The notes under the pieces were generated by a model that was not told the origin of the DNA, did no database searches, and saw only the letters and a list, made by a program, of their open reading frames with translations. Source: Acutalibacteraceae bacterium (GTDB taxonomy: Bacteria > Bacillota > Clostridia > Oscillospirales > Acutalibacteraceae). From it: a DNA stretch of 64,000 nucleotides. The stretch covers positions 1,287 through 65,286 of the forward strand of contig JAZSHK010000073.1 of NCBI GenBank assembly GCA_045533185.1, given 5' to 3'. A program made the position numbers and the translations under genes. This document shows, one piece after another, positions 9,089 to 16,828 of this stretch. How positions within the stretch are numbered: the stretch's first letter is position 1; each line of letters starts with the position of its first letter.

Positions 9089-9754
9089 ATGGCAAAGACT
9101 ATAATAGAAATGGAAAAAATCAAAAAAACCTACGATGGCAAAAGATATGTGTTAAACGATTTGTATTTTACGGCTCAAGAAGGAGAATTAACTATAATTA
9201 AAGGACAATCAGGTTCTGGAAAAAGCACACTTTTAAACATTTTAGGACTACTTGATGTTTTTGATTCAGGTACATATATATTGAATAACCATCAAATTGA
9301 TTCTCAAAAAAACAACAAATACGCAAACATACGCTCGGATATGATTGGATTTATTTTCCAATCATATCATCTAATCGAGTCAATCAGCATTCAAGATAAT
9401 ATTTTGCTACCTTTTTTATATTCTGAAAAAAGAATTAGTACAGAAGTTATTCAGCGAATGAAAACTATTCTTGAAAATTTTAATCTGATTGAAATGAAAG
9501 ATAAAAATGTTTCTTTACTTTCAGGCGGTGAAAAACAACGAGTAGCAATAGCACGTGCAATTATAAAGAATCCTCCGTTAATTATCGCTGATGAGCCTAC
9601 AGGGAATTTAGATGATGAAAACTCACGAATTGTAATTGATTATCTTAAAGATCTGACATTCAATGGAACTACTATAGTCTTAGTTACTCATGATATGAAT
9701 TTATTGAAATATGGCGATGCCTCTTATTCACTGAAAGAAGGCAGGTTAATCTAA
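9089..9754 (+). CDS. ABC transporter ATP-binding protein (MacB/LolD/FtsE type)
   Basis: Walker [11 protein letters not shown]-loop, signature [14 protein letters not shown], Walker [14 protein letters not shown] and H-loop VTHD are all present. Confidence 0.9.
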   Translation: MAKTIIEMEKIKKTYDGKRYVLNDLYFTAQEGELTIIKGQSGSGKSTLLNILGLLDVFDSGTYILNNHQIDSQKNNKYANIRSDMIGFIFQSYHLIESISIQDNILLPFLYSEKRISTEVIQRMKTILENFNLIEMKDKNVSLLSGGEKQRVAIARAIIKNPPLIIADEPTGNLDDENSRIVIDYLKDLTFNGTTIVLVTHDMNLLKYGDASYSLKEGRLI

Positions 9755-11073
9755 TGAAAGTGAATAAATTTTTCTTTTACATAAAACATCTTTTCAAAAT
9801 GTGCTTTTATAACAAATTTAGATTCCTTCTTTCAGTTATTGGCTTGTTCGTAGGATTATTTGTGTTTACTACAGGAAATATTTTAATTGATTCGTATTAT
9901 AATGAAAACAGAAAAAACGCAGCTCAAATGGACGAACACATTGTGGCATTAAGGTACGAATCTGAAGATAGAATTGACAAACAAACTATCATTAATTCAG
10001 CCTTTGAAGCAATATTTGCTACTGAAAAGACAACTATTTTTGCAAAAAAATACCAAGATGATTTGATATGTTCTCTTTCTGCTTCTATTGTCGGTGTCTC
10101 TAATATAGATGATGTAATTCCTATACAATCAACAAATGGAGATTTTTTAATTACAAAAAGCAGCTTATTGAAGGGACGGTTTATTAACGGAAATGATATT
10201 GCCCTTAGCAATAATGTTATTGTAATAGATGAATTTACTGAATCACTTCTTTTTCCAAATGGAAACGCTATAGGCTCATCAATCACACTTGATGTTTCTC
10301 TGCCCGGTATTAGTAATATTTCCACTAAACCAGAAACAGGAGACAAAATAGAAAAAAGACAATGTGTTGTAATTGGTGTAATAAGAAACAGTTATTTTCA
10401 AACGCAAGAAAAAATGAGATTTGATAAATTTTGCAAAAACGCTTCTGAAACAATTCAATTAAATACAATGGTATACTGCCCCTTCTCCTATGTTAATAAT
10501 AACTTTGAAATATCTTCTCAAAAGCTCCTTATTTGGAATGAAGCAAGTAATAATCAAAAAATAAAAGACCGTCTTACTTTATATAAAAATCAAAGTCTGA
10601 AAGAATTTTCTTCATATGATATAATAGACAGAAACTCAGTTATGACTAAAAATGCCAACGAGTTAAAGCCTTTGAAAGTATTCCTAACATTAATTATGTT
10701 AATTTTATTAATTATTTCAGGAATTAATGCTATGAATACTATGTTTTTTTCAATAAAAGAAAGAATAAACGAAATTGGTATAAAAAAAGCTTTAGGAGCT
10801 ACAAAATTAGAAATATTGAATCAATTTATTATAGAAGGAATGATGATATCTTTTATTGCTTCAATTGTAGCTATTATTTTCGGTTGCTTGACAGTACTTT
10901 TAATACAAACGTATCTTAATGAAAGATTATTTATCCTATTTGAAGTTGTTTTTAAACCTTCAAATTTATTGCTACCTATTTTCGTGGCTTTTCTATATGG
11001 ATTTGTTTTTAGCGTCATTCCAAGCTATTATGGCGCAAGAATTAAGGTTACTGATTCGTTAAGATTTGAATAA
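9754..11073 (+). CDS. ABC transporter permease, FtsX/MacB family
   Basis: The start overlaps the ATPase stop (TAATG). The protein has an N-terminal TM, a large extracytoplasmic domain and a C-terminal FtsX block (ERINEIGIKKALGATK...). Confidence 0.85.
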   Translation: MKVNKFFFYIKHLFKMCFYNKFRFLLSVIGLFVGLFVFTTGNILIDSYYNENRKNAAQMDEHIVALRYESEDRIDKQTIINSAFEAIFATEKTTIFAKKYQDDLICSLSASIVGVSNIDDVIPIQSTNGDFLITKSSLLKGRFINGNDIALSNNVIVIDEFTESLLFPNGNAIGSSITLDVSLPGISNISTKPETGDKIEKRQCVVIGVIRNSYFQTQEKMRFDKFCKNASETIQLNTMVYCPFSYVNNNFEISSQKLLIWNEASNNQKIKDRLTLYKNQSLKEFSSYDIIDRNSVMTKNANELKPLKVFLTLIMLILLIISGINAMNTMFFSIKERINEIGIKKALGATKLEILNQFIIEGMMISFIASIVAIIFGCLTVLLIQTYLNERLFILFEVVFKPSNLLLPIFVAFLYGFVFSVIPSYYGARIKVTDSLRFE

Positions 11074-11075
11074 CA

Positions 11076-11312
11076 GCAGACCGTTACTCGACATTTTTGA
11101 ATTTTCGCAATGTAAGCATTTAATACATTTGACTTTTCGAGACATACTTTGTGTAATGTTGTGTTCTATTAATAATTTTGGTACTCGGCATGTTGGTACT
11201 TCCAACCTTGGTCTGAATGAAATATTGATATTGCATCAGCAGGTAACTTTTCAAAATAAGCAGTTAAGCATTTTTCTAATTTGTTCTAAATTAGGACTTG
11301 TTGAAACGGAAT
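11076..11312 (-). pseudogene. IS3-family transposase (rve integrase core) remnant, frameshifted and truncated
   Basis: The minus strand reads ..ADAISIFHSDQGWKYQHAEYQ, then after a frameshift KLLIEHNITQSMSRK. This matches the conserved HSDQG.QY ... SMSRKGNC block of IS3 OrfB. Stops interrupt it and the ftsX-like gene cuts it off. Confidence 0.6.
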
Positions 11313-11360
11313 AAGATATGATCTCGTTGTTAAATAAATAACCATAAAACAAAAAAAGAA

Positions 11361-11409
11361 GCTCCATTAGGAATGTAGAAATTACTGCGCTCCTAACGGA
11401 GCATTTTTG
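11361..11409. terminator. Hairpin with flanking A/T tracts (possible bidirectional terminator)
   Basis: GCTCCATTAGGA ... TCCTAACGGAGC, preceded by AAAAAAA and followed by ATTTTT. Confidence 0.45.
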
Positions 11410-11488
11410 GTTTTTAACACGCATATATCGTTTTTAGAGGGGACTTGTTTATTCCTACTCGCTCCCGAAAAGAGAAAATTAATCAATT

Positions 11489-11722
11489 TTGCATAAATAT
11501 TTTTACTCACATTATGGTGAGTGCGGCATTCATAACGATGGCGTGATATATTTCATTTATATAATGAACGAAGAATCCTATTGTTATTTGGAGATGGATC
11601 CAACAACTCAAGAAATTTTACACGAGGACGATCCGATGTTTATTGGATCTGAGGAAAGAAACGAGCGTGTTAATAAACTAATTGAAATTATTAACACCAT
11701 TATTGATTCAAAAAGCAATTGA
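11489..11722 (+). CDS. Hypothetical small protein (weak call)
   Basis: Open frame only, with a TTG start, no clear RBS and no recognisable motif. Confidence 0.25.
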   Translation: MHKYFYSHYGECGIHNDGVIYFIYIMNEESYCYLEMDPTTQEILHEDDPMFIGSEERNERVNKLIEIINTIIDSKSN

Positions 11723-11816
11723 CAAAAGGCAAAGGGCCGTTGGAATTAAATCCAGCGGCTTTTTGTAAAATATAACTCAAATGGTGGAAAATATTATTTA
11801 AATATGTAATATATAC

Positions 11817-11845
11817 TTGACATTTTTCATATACTGTGATATACT
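11817..11845 (+). promoter_or_regulatory. Sigma-A promoter for the XRE module
   Basis: TTGACA, a 17-nt spacer, then TGaTATACT, 20 nt upstream of ATG 11865. Confidence 0.6.
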
Positions 11846-11864
11846 CTATTGCGGAGGTGGAAAT

Positions 11865-12071
11865 ATGGCAAAAAACATACGTATTAAGATTGCACGAATT
11901 GAAAAGGATATGACACAAGCTCAATTAGCAGAAGCTGTTGGTGTTTCCAGACAAACGATGAGCGCAATCGAAAAAGGTGATTACAATCCAACGATTAAAT
12001 TATGTATTGCTATATGCAAAGTTTTAAATAAAACATTAGATGAGCTTTTTGGAGGGATTGATTATGAGTAA
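11865..12071 (+). CDS. XRE-family HTH transcriptional regulator
   Basis: RBS GGAGGTGG precedes ATG 11865. The sequence MTQAQLAEAVGVSRQTMSAIEKGDYNPTIKLCIAICKVLNKTLDELF is a canonical Cro/C1 HTH of the YozG-like short type. Confidence 0.9.
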   Translation: MAKNIRIKIARIEKDMTQAQLAEAVGVSRQTMSAIEKGDYNPTIKLCIAICKVLNKTLDELFGGIDYE

Positions 12072-12507
12072 AAAGCAATATGACGAAAAACAAATCATAG
12101 AAAGAGGAAAATCTTTTCAATACGCCTTCACTGGTGCTATCGTAGTAAATATTATCATTTATTTATTAAGCGATTTTGTTGGAATAGGTTTTGCCAATGG
12201 TGCAATCTGTCTGATAAATATAGGTTTACCAATCGCAATATATATGCTTTCGATGATTATTAAGAATGGTTATGACGGTGTTTCAAATGCCGGCAAAAAA
12301 TTGAATATCTCTGCATTGGGCGGTTGCGGAGTTGCTCTGCTGATTGTATATTTGCCTGACATTATTTCGGGTAAAAAGCTTTTAATAGATAATGCACTGA
12401 TTACCGAAAGTGCTGGTGCTTTGTTAATTAGTATTTTGATCTTAGTAGTGGTGCTTGTATATTGGATAAAGAAGCATATTGAGAAGAAAAGCGAAAACGA
12501 CGAATAA
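12064..12507 (+). CDS. Multi-pass membrane protein coupled to the XRE regulator
   Basis: ATG 12064 follows GGAGGG and overlaps the XRE stop by 8 nt. There are about 4 hydrophobic helices. The arrangement resembles XRE plus small membrane protein pairs common in Firmicutes. Confidence 0.7.
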   Translation: MSKKQYDEKQIIERGKSFQYAFTGAIVVNIIIYLLSDFVGIGFANGAICLINIGLPIAIYMLSMIIKNGYDGVSNAGKKLNISALGGCGVALLIVYLPDIISGKKLLIDNALITESAGALLISILILVVVLVYWIKKHIEKKSENDE

Positions 12508-12520
12508 GGAGAACTTGGCT

Positions 12521-12724
12521 ATGAAATGTCCACATTGTAACAGCGAAAATATTGAAGTAGGCTTGAGAATGTTTGAGTCGCTCAACGGAAGTCCTGTTGG
12601 CTTTAGATTTAGCAAAGGAATTATGAGTGTAGTGGCACAGATACACTGTGATATATGCAAAGACTGCAAAACTATAGTAAGAAGTTATATTATCGAATCT
12701 ACCGACAAAAAGTGGCTTAAATAA
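12521..12724 (+). CDS. Zinc-ribbon small protein
   Basis: RBS AAGGAGAA is present. The motifs CPHC ... CDICKDC give a four-Cys zinc-ribbon pattern in 67 aa. Confidence 0.6.
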   Translation: MKCPHCNSENIEVGLRMFESLNGSPVGFRFSKGIMSVVAQIHCDICKDCKTIVRSYIIESTDKKWLK

Positions 12725-12763
12725 TTTGTTATAAAAGTAATCCATTTTCCAACACAATATCCA

Positions 12764-12805
12764 CGAACAGGGCAGAGTTTATAATACTCTGCCCTGTTCG
12801 TTTAT
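12764..12805 (+). terminator. Rho-independent terminator after the XRE module
   Basis: A 14-bp perfect stem CGAACAGGGCAGAG / CTCTGCCCTGTTCG followed by TTTAT. Confidence 0.8.
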
Positions 12806-12816
12806 AAAATAGGTAT

Positions 12817-12969
12817 TCAATTGTAAATAATTTCGTTTTGTATAATTTCTGTAGCTCGATTATAAATATTGTTCATACGACCAATCCATTCCATTTGGTT
12901 ATCTGCTTTAAGTTTTTCTGTCACGCCATATAAAGCAACGACACAGGATCTTACTTGATCCTGTGCCAT
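12817..12969 (-). pseudogene. TnpV (transposon-encoded protein) C-terminal remnant
   Basis: The minus strand reads MAQDQVRSCVVALYGVTEKLKADNQMEWIGRMNNIYNRATEIIQNEIIYN*. This matches the conserved C-terminal LKA.DQM.W...MN.I...AEEIVL.EL.Y block of clostridial TnpV proteins. Upstream is blocked by a stop, so only about 50 aa remain. Confidence 0.6.
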
Positions 12970-13043
12970 GTGCTTTTTGTCATCCTACTCGGTCTGCGTA
13001 ATTCTCCTTTAAGAACATTACGCTTTAGTGGGCGGGATTTTTC

Positions 13044-13072
13044 TTGTATACGCACCTCTTTTATGCTATAAT
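13044..13072 (+). promoter_or_regulatory. First copy of the cassette promoter (TTGTAT-17-TGCTATAAT)
   Basis: It shares CACCTCTTTTATGCTATAAT with the six downstream R elements. Downstream of the -10, its leader differs from theirs. Confidence 0.65.
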
Positions 13073-13122
13073 AAACATAACATAATGGATAATGACTATA
13101 TAACGATGCTTAGGAGGTTAAT

Positions 13123-13560
13123 ATGCGTAAAAATTCTTTATGGATGATGCTTGGTTCACTCGTTACGATACTTATAATATTATGCTTTTCTTTTTTTACA
13201 AGTTATGAAAAAAATATACATAAGATGTTAGGTACGATGGTGGTCTATAAACACGAAAGTATAACAACCCATCTGTCTTCCGATGCTTGTGCATATTTGT
13301 CTGACGGAAATCGTTCATTGTATTTTGGTGAGTTGCCATCTGAAGAATCTGCTATAGAAATCAACAGTCCCGATAGAGCAACATTATATGTATTTCCACT
13401 AGATGATGATTCTATAATTATTAAGTATGAGCCACGAAACGGCGGAATTAAAAGAACCTATAAAAAATCCGGTTATGGAGATTTTAATTGCGTATTAAAA
13501 ACCTTGTACGAGCTTACGGGTAATGAAATTTTTAACGAAACAATAGATTACGATAATTAA
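13123..13560 (+). CDS. Cassette ORF 1: membrane-anchored hypothetical protein
   Basis: RBS TAGGAGG is present. The protein has an N-terminal TM helix and no recognisable domain. Confidence 0.7.
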   Translation: MRKNSLWMMLGSLVTILIILCFSFFTSYEKNIHKMLGTMVVYKHESITTHLSSDACAYLSDGNRSLYFGELPSEESAIEINSPDRATLYVFPLDDDSIIIKYEPRNGGIKRTYKKSGYGDFNCVLKTLYELTGNEIFNETIDYDN

Positions 13561-13565
13561 AATAT

Positions 13566-13791
13566 GAAAATCCTCGGTTTTCACCCAGTTCTTTTTCGGA
13601 CACAACATCGTTTTGCAACGCAGTTGCAAACATCATTTAGCCGAAGGCTAACATCGTTCCGCTTTAGCGGACACAAAACGAGGTTGCGCTTTGCGCAAAC
13701 AGTGTTGTGCTTCGCACAAACGATATAGGCTTACGCCCAACGATGTTGCACTTCGTGCAAATTTATGCTATAATACGCTTAAGGCGGTGAT
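13566..13791 (+). repeat. Inter-cassette element 1 (conserved L end, variable palindromic core, conserved R promoter/RBS end)
   Basis: The L block lies at 13566-13603. The core has AACATCGTT-type words (x3), then AACGATGTT-type words, and seven mini-hairpins. The R block at 13762-13791 carries TTGCAC-17-TGCTATAAT and AAGGCGGTGA. Confidence 0.85.
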
Positions 13792-13794
13792 GAA

Positions 13795-14193
13795 ATGGAT
13801 TGGAAAGAAAAGTTTAAAAAATCTTTAGATTTTACTTATGAGATGGTAAAACGTAAGGTCGCTGATATTAAATATCCGTGTTACGGTGGAGAAATTTATA
13901 AGTATGCATTTCTAATACATCAACAAGAACTTTATTTTTATTTAACTCCCCGAGGAATACTATTTACGCCGAGTGGTGCTTCCGTTAAAGAGATACCCTT
14001 TAGCGATATAAGAAAATTGGCTATAAAAAAAGGCAGAATTATTAATTGGTATCATATTCGCTTTATAGCAGATAAAAAGTATCATTTTTATATTCATTGC
14101 AAAGAAGTGTTTTCAACTGAATTAACGGGTGATGCATCTGAAAATGTAAAAGCATTTATCGAAACTTTGCGATTAAGTGTTAAAAACAATTAA
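13795..14193 (+). CDS. Cassette ORF 2: bacterial PH/GRAM-like (YokE-like) domain protein
   Basis: The start is 7-8 nt after the conserved RBS. The pattern GILFTPSGASVKEIPFSDIRKLAIKKG...HIRF resembles bacterial PH-domain proteins. Confidence 0.7.
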   Translation: MDWKEKFKKSLDFTYEMVKRKVADIKYPCYGGEIYKYAFLIHQQELYFYLTPRGILFTPSGASVKEIPFSDIRKLAIKKGRIINWYHIRFIADKKYHFYIHCKEVFSTELTGDASENVKAFIETLRLSVKNN

Positions 14194-14200
14194 TTATTAC

Positions 14201-14504
14201 GAAAATCCTCGGTTTTCGCCCATTTCTTTTTCGGACACGAATGACAAAAAAACTCCTTGAGATTTCTCAAGGAGTTTTTCAGTTATATTCGCCTTCGGCG
14301 AGTTATATTGCTTCGCAGTGATATTTAGGCTACGCCTAAGTGATATTGCCCTTCGGGCAGTTAAGGGCGAATATAATATCACTTTTGCGATAGCAAAAAT
14401 ATCACTATGCCGTAAGGCATAATATCACTCTGTGCGGAGCACAAAATATCACTAACCCTTGCGCCTTTACCTCTTTTATGCTATAATGTACCCAAGGCGG
14501 TGAT
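14201..14504 (+). repeat. Inter-cassette element 2
   Basis: The L block lies at 14201-14248 and the terminator hairpin at 14245-14280. The words AGTTATATT/AGTGATATT occur x4, then AATATCACT x4, interleaved with GC mini-hairpins. The R block lies at 14464-14504. Confidence 0.85.
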
Positions 14505-14507
14505 TGT

Positions 14508-14930
14508 ATGAAGAAGTTAAGAATTATTATTTTGATATTTATAATATTTGGTTTAATTTTTTCGGTTGGCGGTGCATTTCTTTGCGTAAATGCTTTTGAT
14601 TATGGTAATAAAGCAGAAACAACCGCAGTAATCACTGATTTTGAGTCTTATCGGGAACATGCTGGCGGCAAATGGCGAACGCGTTATAAAACTCATTTGA
14701 CATATGAGGTTGACGGCGAATCTTATGACAATACTGTTAAAATGTATTCGTCTTCATGGAATATAGGAGAAAAAATCGAAATTTATTATGATGTTGATAA
14801 TCCTCAAAACATTGGTTCAAAACATACAGATTTAGCATTACTTGTAGTACCGTGTCTCGGCTTGTTGTTTTTTAGTTCCGGAACGATACTAATGTTAATA
14901 ACTCGTAAAAAAGCGAAAATGATAAATTGA
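14508..14930 (+). CDS. Cassette ORF 3: DUF3592-like membrane protein
   Basis: The protein has an N-terminal TM, a beta-rich middle (TTAVITDFESY...YEVDGESY...IEIYYDVDNP) and a C-terminal TM. This is the typical DUF3592 layout. Confidence 0.75.
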   Translation: MKKLRIIILIFIIFGLIFSVGGAFLCVNAFDYGNKAETTAVITDFESYREHAGGKWRTRYKTHLTYEVDGESYDNTVKMYSSSWNIGEKIEIYYDVDNPQNIGSKHTDLALLVVPCLGLLFFSSGTILMLITRKKAKMIN

Positions 14931-14973
14931 GTTTTGAATTTGCTAAAATACGGTTAAATAATGGCATTTACAA

Positions 14974-15228
14974 AAAAATCCTCGGTTTTCGCCCAGTTCT
15001 TTTTCGGACACGAATGACAAAAATCCCGAATGCGAAAGCGTTCGGGATTTTACTTTTTCACTATTCACTTTTCACTCTTCACTAAATTCGCATTCGGGAT
15101 TTTTGGAAAGTACGAAGTAATAGTGAATAGTGAAGAAGTAATGTGTGGCTTCGCCACGGATTATAAAATACAATGCTCCGCATTGATTTATTGCCGCTTT
15201 TATGCTATAATACACCCAAGGCGGTGAT
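14974..15228 (+). repeat. Inter-cassette element 3
   Basis: The L block lies at 14974-15023 and the terminator at 15019-15051. TTCACT occurs x4, then AGTGAA-type words. The centre repeats the terminator arm. The R block lies at 15193-15228. Confidence 0.85.
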
Positions 15229-15231
15229 TAA

Positions 15232-15567
15232 ATGTTTGAAGAAATGATTTTCATTGCAAAAAATAAACTTGCGACAATAGATGAAATTATTGAAGGATTA
15301 CCAGCACCACAAGTTACAGTGCTTTTATCTAATAACAATAATGTTTATGTAGCAGTTAATGATATTGATGGAATAATCTGCGAAAAAATAAAACACGATA
15401 AAATCACTCAAATGCTTACTATGTGGAAAGATGGGAGTATCGATATATCTTCTTACGCCTTTCGCAAGACTCTTGTTAAAATGGATAGAGATAACAACAA
15501 TACGGATGTTTTATTACAGGGTAAGAATAATTACTTGATTAAAAAATTAGCAGACACAATTATCTGA
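15232..15567 (+). CDS. Cassette ORF 4: cytoplasmic hypothetical protein
   Basis: It has the conserved RBS and spacing. No TM segment and no recognisable motif. Confidence 0.65.
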   Translation: MFEEMIFIAKNKLATIDEIIEGLPAPQVTVLLSNNNNVYVAVNDIDGIICEKIKHDKITQMLTMWKDGSIDISSYAFRKTLVKMDRDNNNTDVLLQGKNNYLIKKLADTII

Positions 15568-15568
15568 T

Positions 15569-15879
15569 TAAAAATCCTCGGTTTTTAGACCAGTTCTTTT
15601 TCGGACACGAATGACAGAAAAAAGGACTTCACATTCGTGAAGTCCTTTTTTCAATGAAATTCGTTCCTTGCGGAACGAGTGAAATATTGCTACGCAATAT
15701 GAAATACGCTTCGCGTATGAAATATGCCTACGGCATATGAAGGAACGAATTTTATTTCACATTTTTGCATCGCAGAAATATTTCATAATCCGAAGGATTA
15801 TTTCATATCGGCAGAGCCGATATTTCATTATACCTTGCTCTTCCACCGCTTTTATGCTATAATTTACCCAAGGCGGTGA
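15569..15879 (+). repeat. Inter-cassette element 4
   Basis: The L block lies at 15569-15620 and the terminator at 15617-15651. TGAAAT occurs x4-5, then ATTTCA x4, each separated by 5-7-bp mini-hairpins. The R block lies at 15841-15879. Confidence 0.85.
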
Positions 15880-15883
15880 TTTT

Positions 15884-16564
15884 ATGAAACGTAAATTATC
15901 GAAACTTGCAATTATTTGCTTATGTGTATTTTTTGTAGTTGTAATTGGAATTTTTGTATTGTTATGGAATAGTGGTACTTTTGTATTTGATCACTCGGCA
16001 AAAGTTGGATTTGAAGGTATGGTTTGGAATGATAAGAATTATTCAACAATTACCGGCGAATATACAGAGGGGAGAACAATTGCCAAAAGTGAAGATGGTA
16101 GTTGGAAAATCAATGAAGTTAAAGAAGATCCATCACATACTTTTGTTGTTGCACGTTCTTTTTTAGACCAATATTTATTTGTTTTTGATGGTTATACGGT
16201 TCCTACAAGCGGTAAAATCACAACGGTTTGTTGGAATGGTGAGTACATTAAAGATAAAGACTTTATAGAAGTTTTAGCAAAAATTGATGTTGCCAAAACA
16301 ACCTCGTTTGATTATGAAACAGAAGCAATATTTCTTCTTAATGATAATCAGCGTATGAAGTCTTTATATTTTGCGTATGAAAATTGTCCTGTTGCAACGG
16401 TAAATAAGGGCTGGTTAGGGAAAATAAAAGGCGAATGGGTTATAACCACATATATTTCTTCTAACCAAAATAATGAAGATGGTTCTCCAAAACCGTACAT
16501 GGTAGGATGCTATTCTATTCCTGATAAATATTCGCAAATTTTAGATAAGTACTTTTTTGAATAA
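15884..16564 (+). CDS. Cassette ORF 5: membrane-anchored hypothetical protein
   Basis: It has the conserved RBS and spacing and an N-terminal TM helix. The remaining extracytoplasmic part of roughly 195 aa is of unknown function. Confidence 0.7.
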   Translation: MKRKLSKLAIICLCVFFVVVIGIFVLLWNSGTFVFDHSAKVGFEGMVWNDKNYSTITGEYTEGRTIAKSEDGSWKINEVKEDPSHTFVVARSFLDQYLFVFDGYTVPTSGKITTVCWNGEYIKDKDFIEVLAKIDVAKTTSFDYETEAIFLLNDNQRMKSLYFAYENCPVATVNKGWLGKIKGEWVITTYISSNQNNEDGSPKPYMVGCYSIPDKYSQILDKYFFE

Positions 16565-16596
16565 TTAAGCGCTGTTATATAATACAATTATAAGTA

Positions 16597-16824
16597 AATC
16601 TTCAGTTTTCAGGCACATTTTATTCGTGTCATTAAGTTCAAACTACCCAAACGAAAATCCGTTCTCGTAAGAGGGCGGATTTTTGTTTGTATTATTCACT
16701 ATTCATTAAAAGAGAACGGATTTTCGAATGAATAATGAAAAATGAAGTCGCTTACGCTGATGAATAATGAATAATTCTTGCGGTTCCACCGCTTTTATGC
16801 TATAATACACCTAAGGCGGTGAAA
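16597..16824 (+). repeat. Inter-cassette element 5 (divergent L end)
   Basis: The divergent L block lies at 16597-16635 and the terminator at 16652-16690. ATTCACT/ATTCATT words are followed by AATGAAT-type words. The R block lies at 16786-16824. Confidence 0.8.
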
Positions 16825-16828
16825 TCTC

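Noticed and set aside
11066-11314. 82-aa plus-strand ORF after the ftsX-like gene.
   Set aside because: It has no RBS and an implausible sequence. The opposite strand carries recognisable, though broken, IS3 transposase motifs (HSDQGW.YQ, SMSRK).
12428-12757. 109-aa and 75-aa minus-strand ORFs overlapping the membrane-protein and zinc-ribbon genes.
   Set aside because: They are antisense to RBS-preceded plus-strand genes in AT-rich DNA, have no RBS, and their sequences are rich in hydrophobic and aromatic residues with no motif.
15030-15227. 65-aa ORF inside inter-cassette element 3, and a 61-aa minus-strand ORF at 14197-14382 inside element 2.
   Set aside because: Both lie entirely within the repeat and hairpin cores. 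They have no RBS, and their reading frames are not conserved between elements. The open frames are a by-product of the word repeats.
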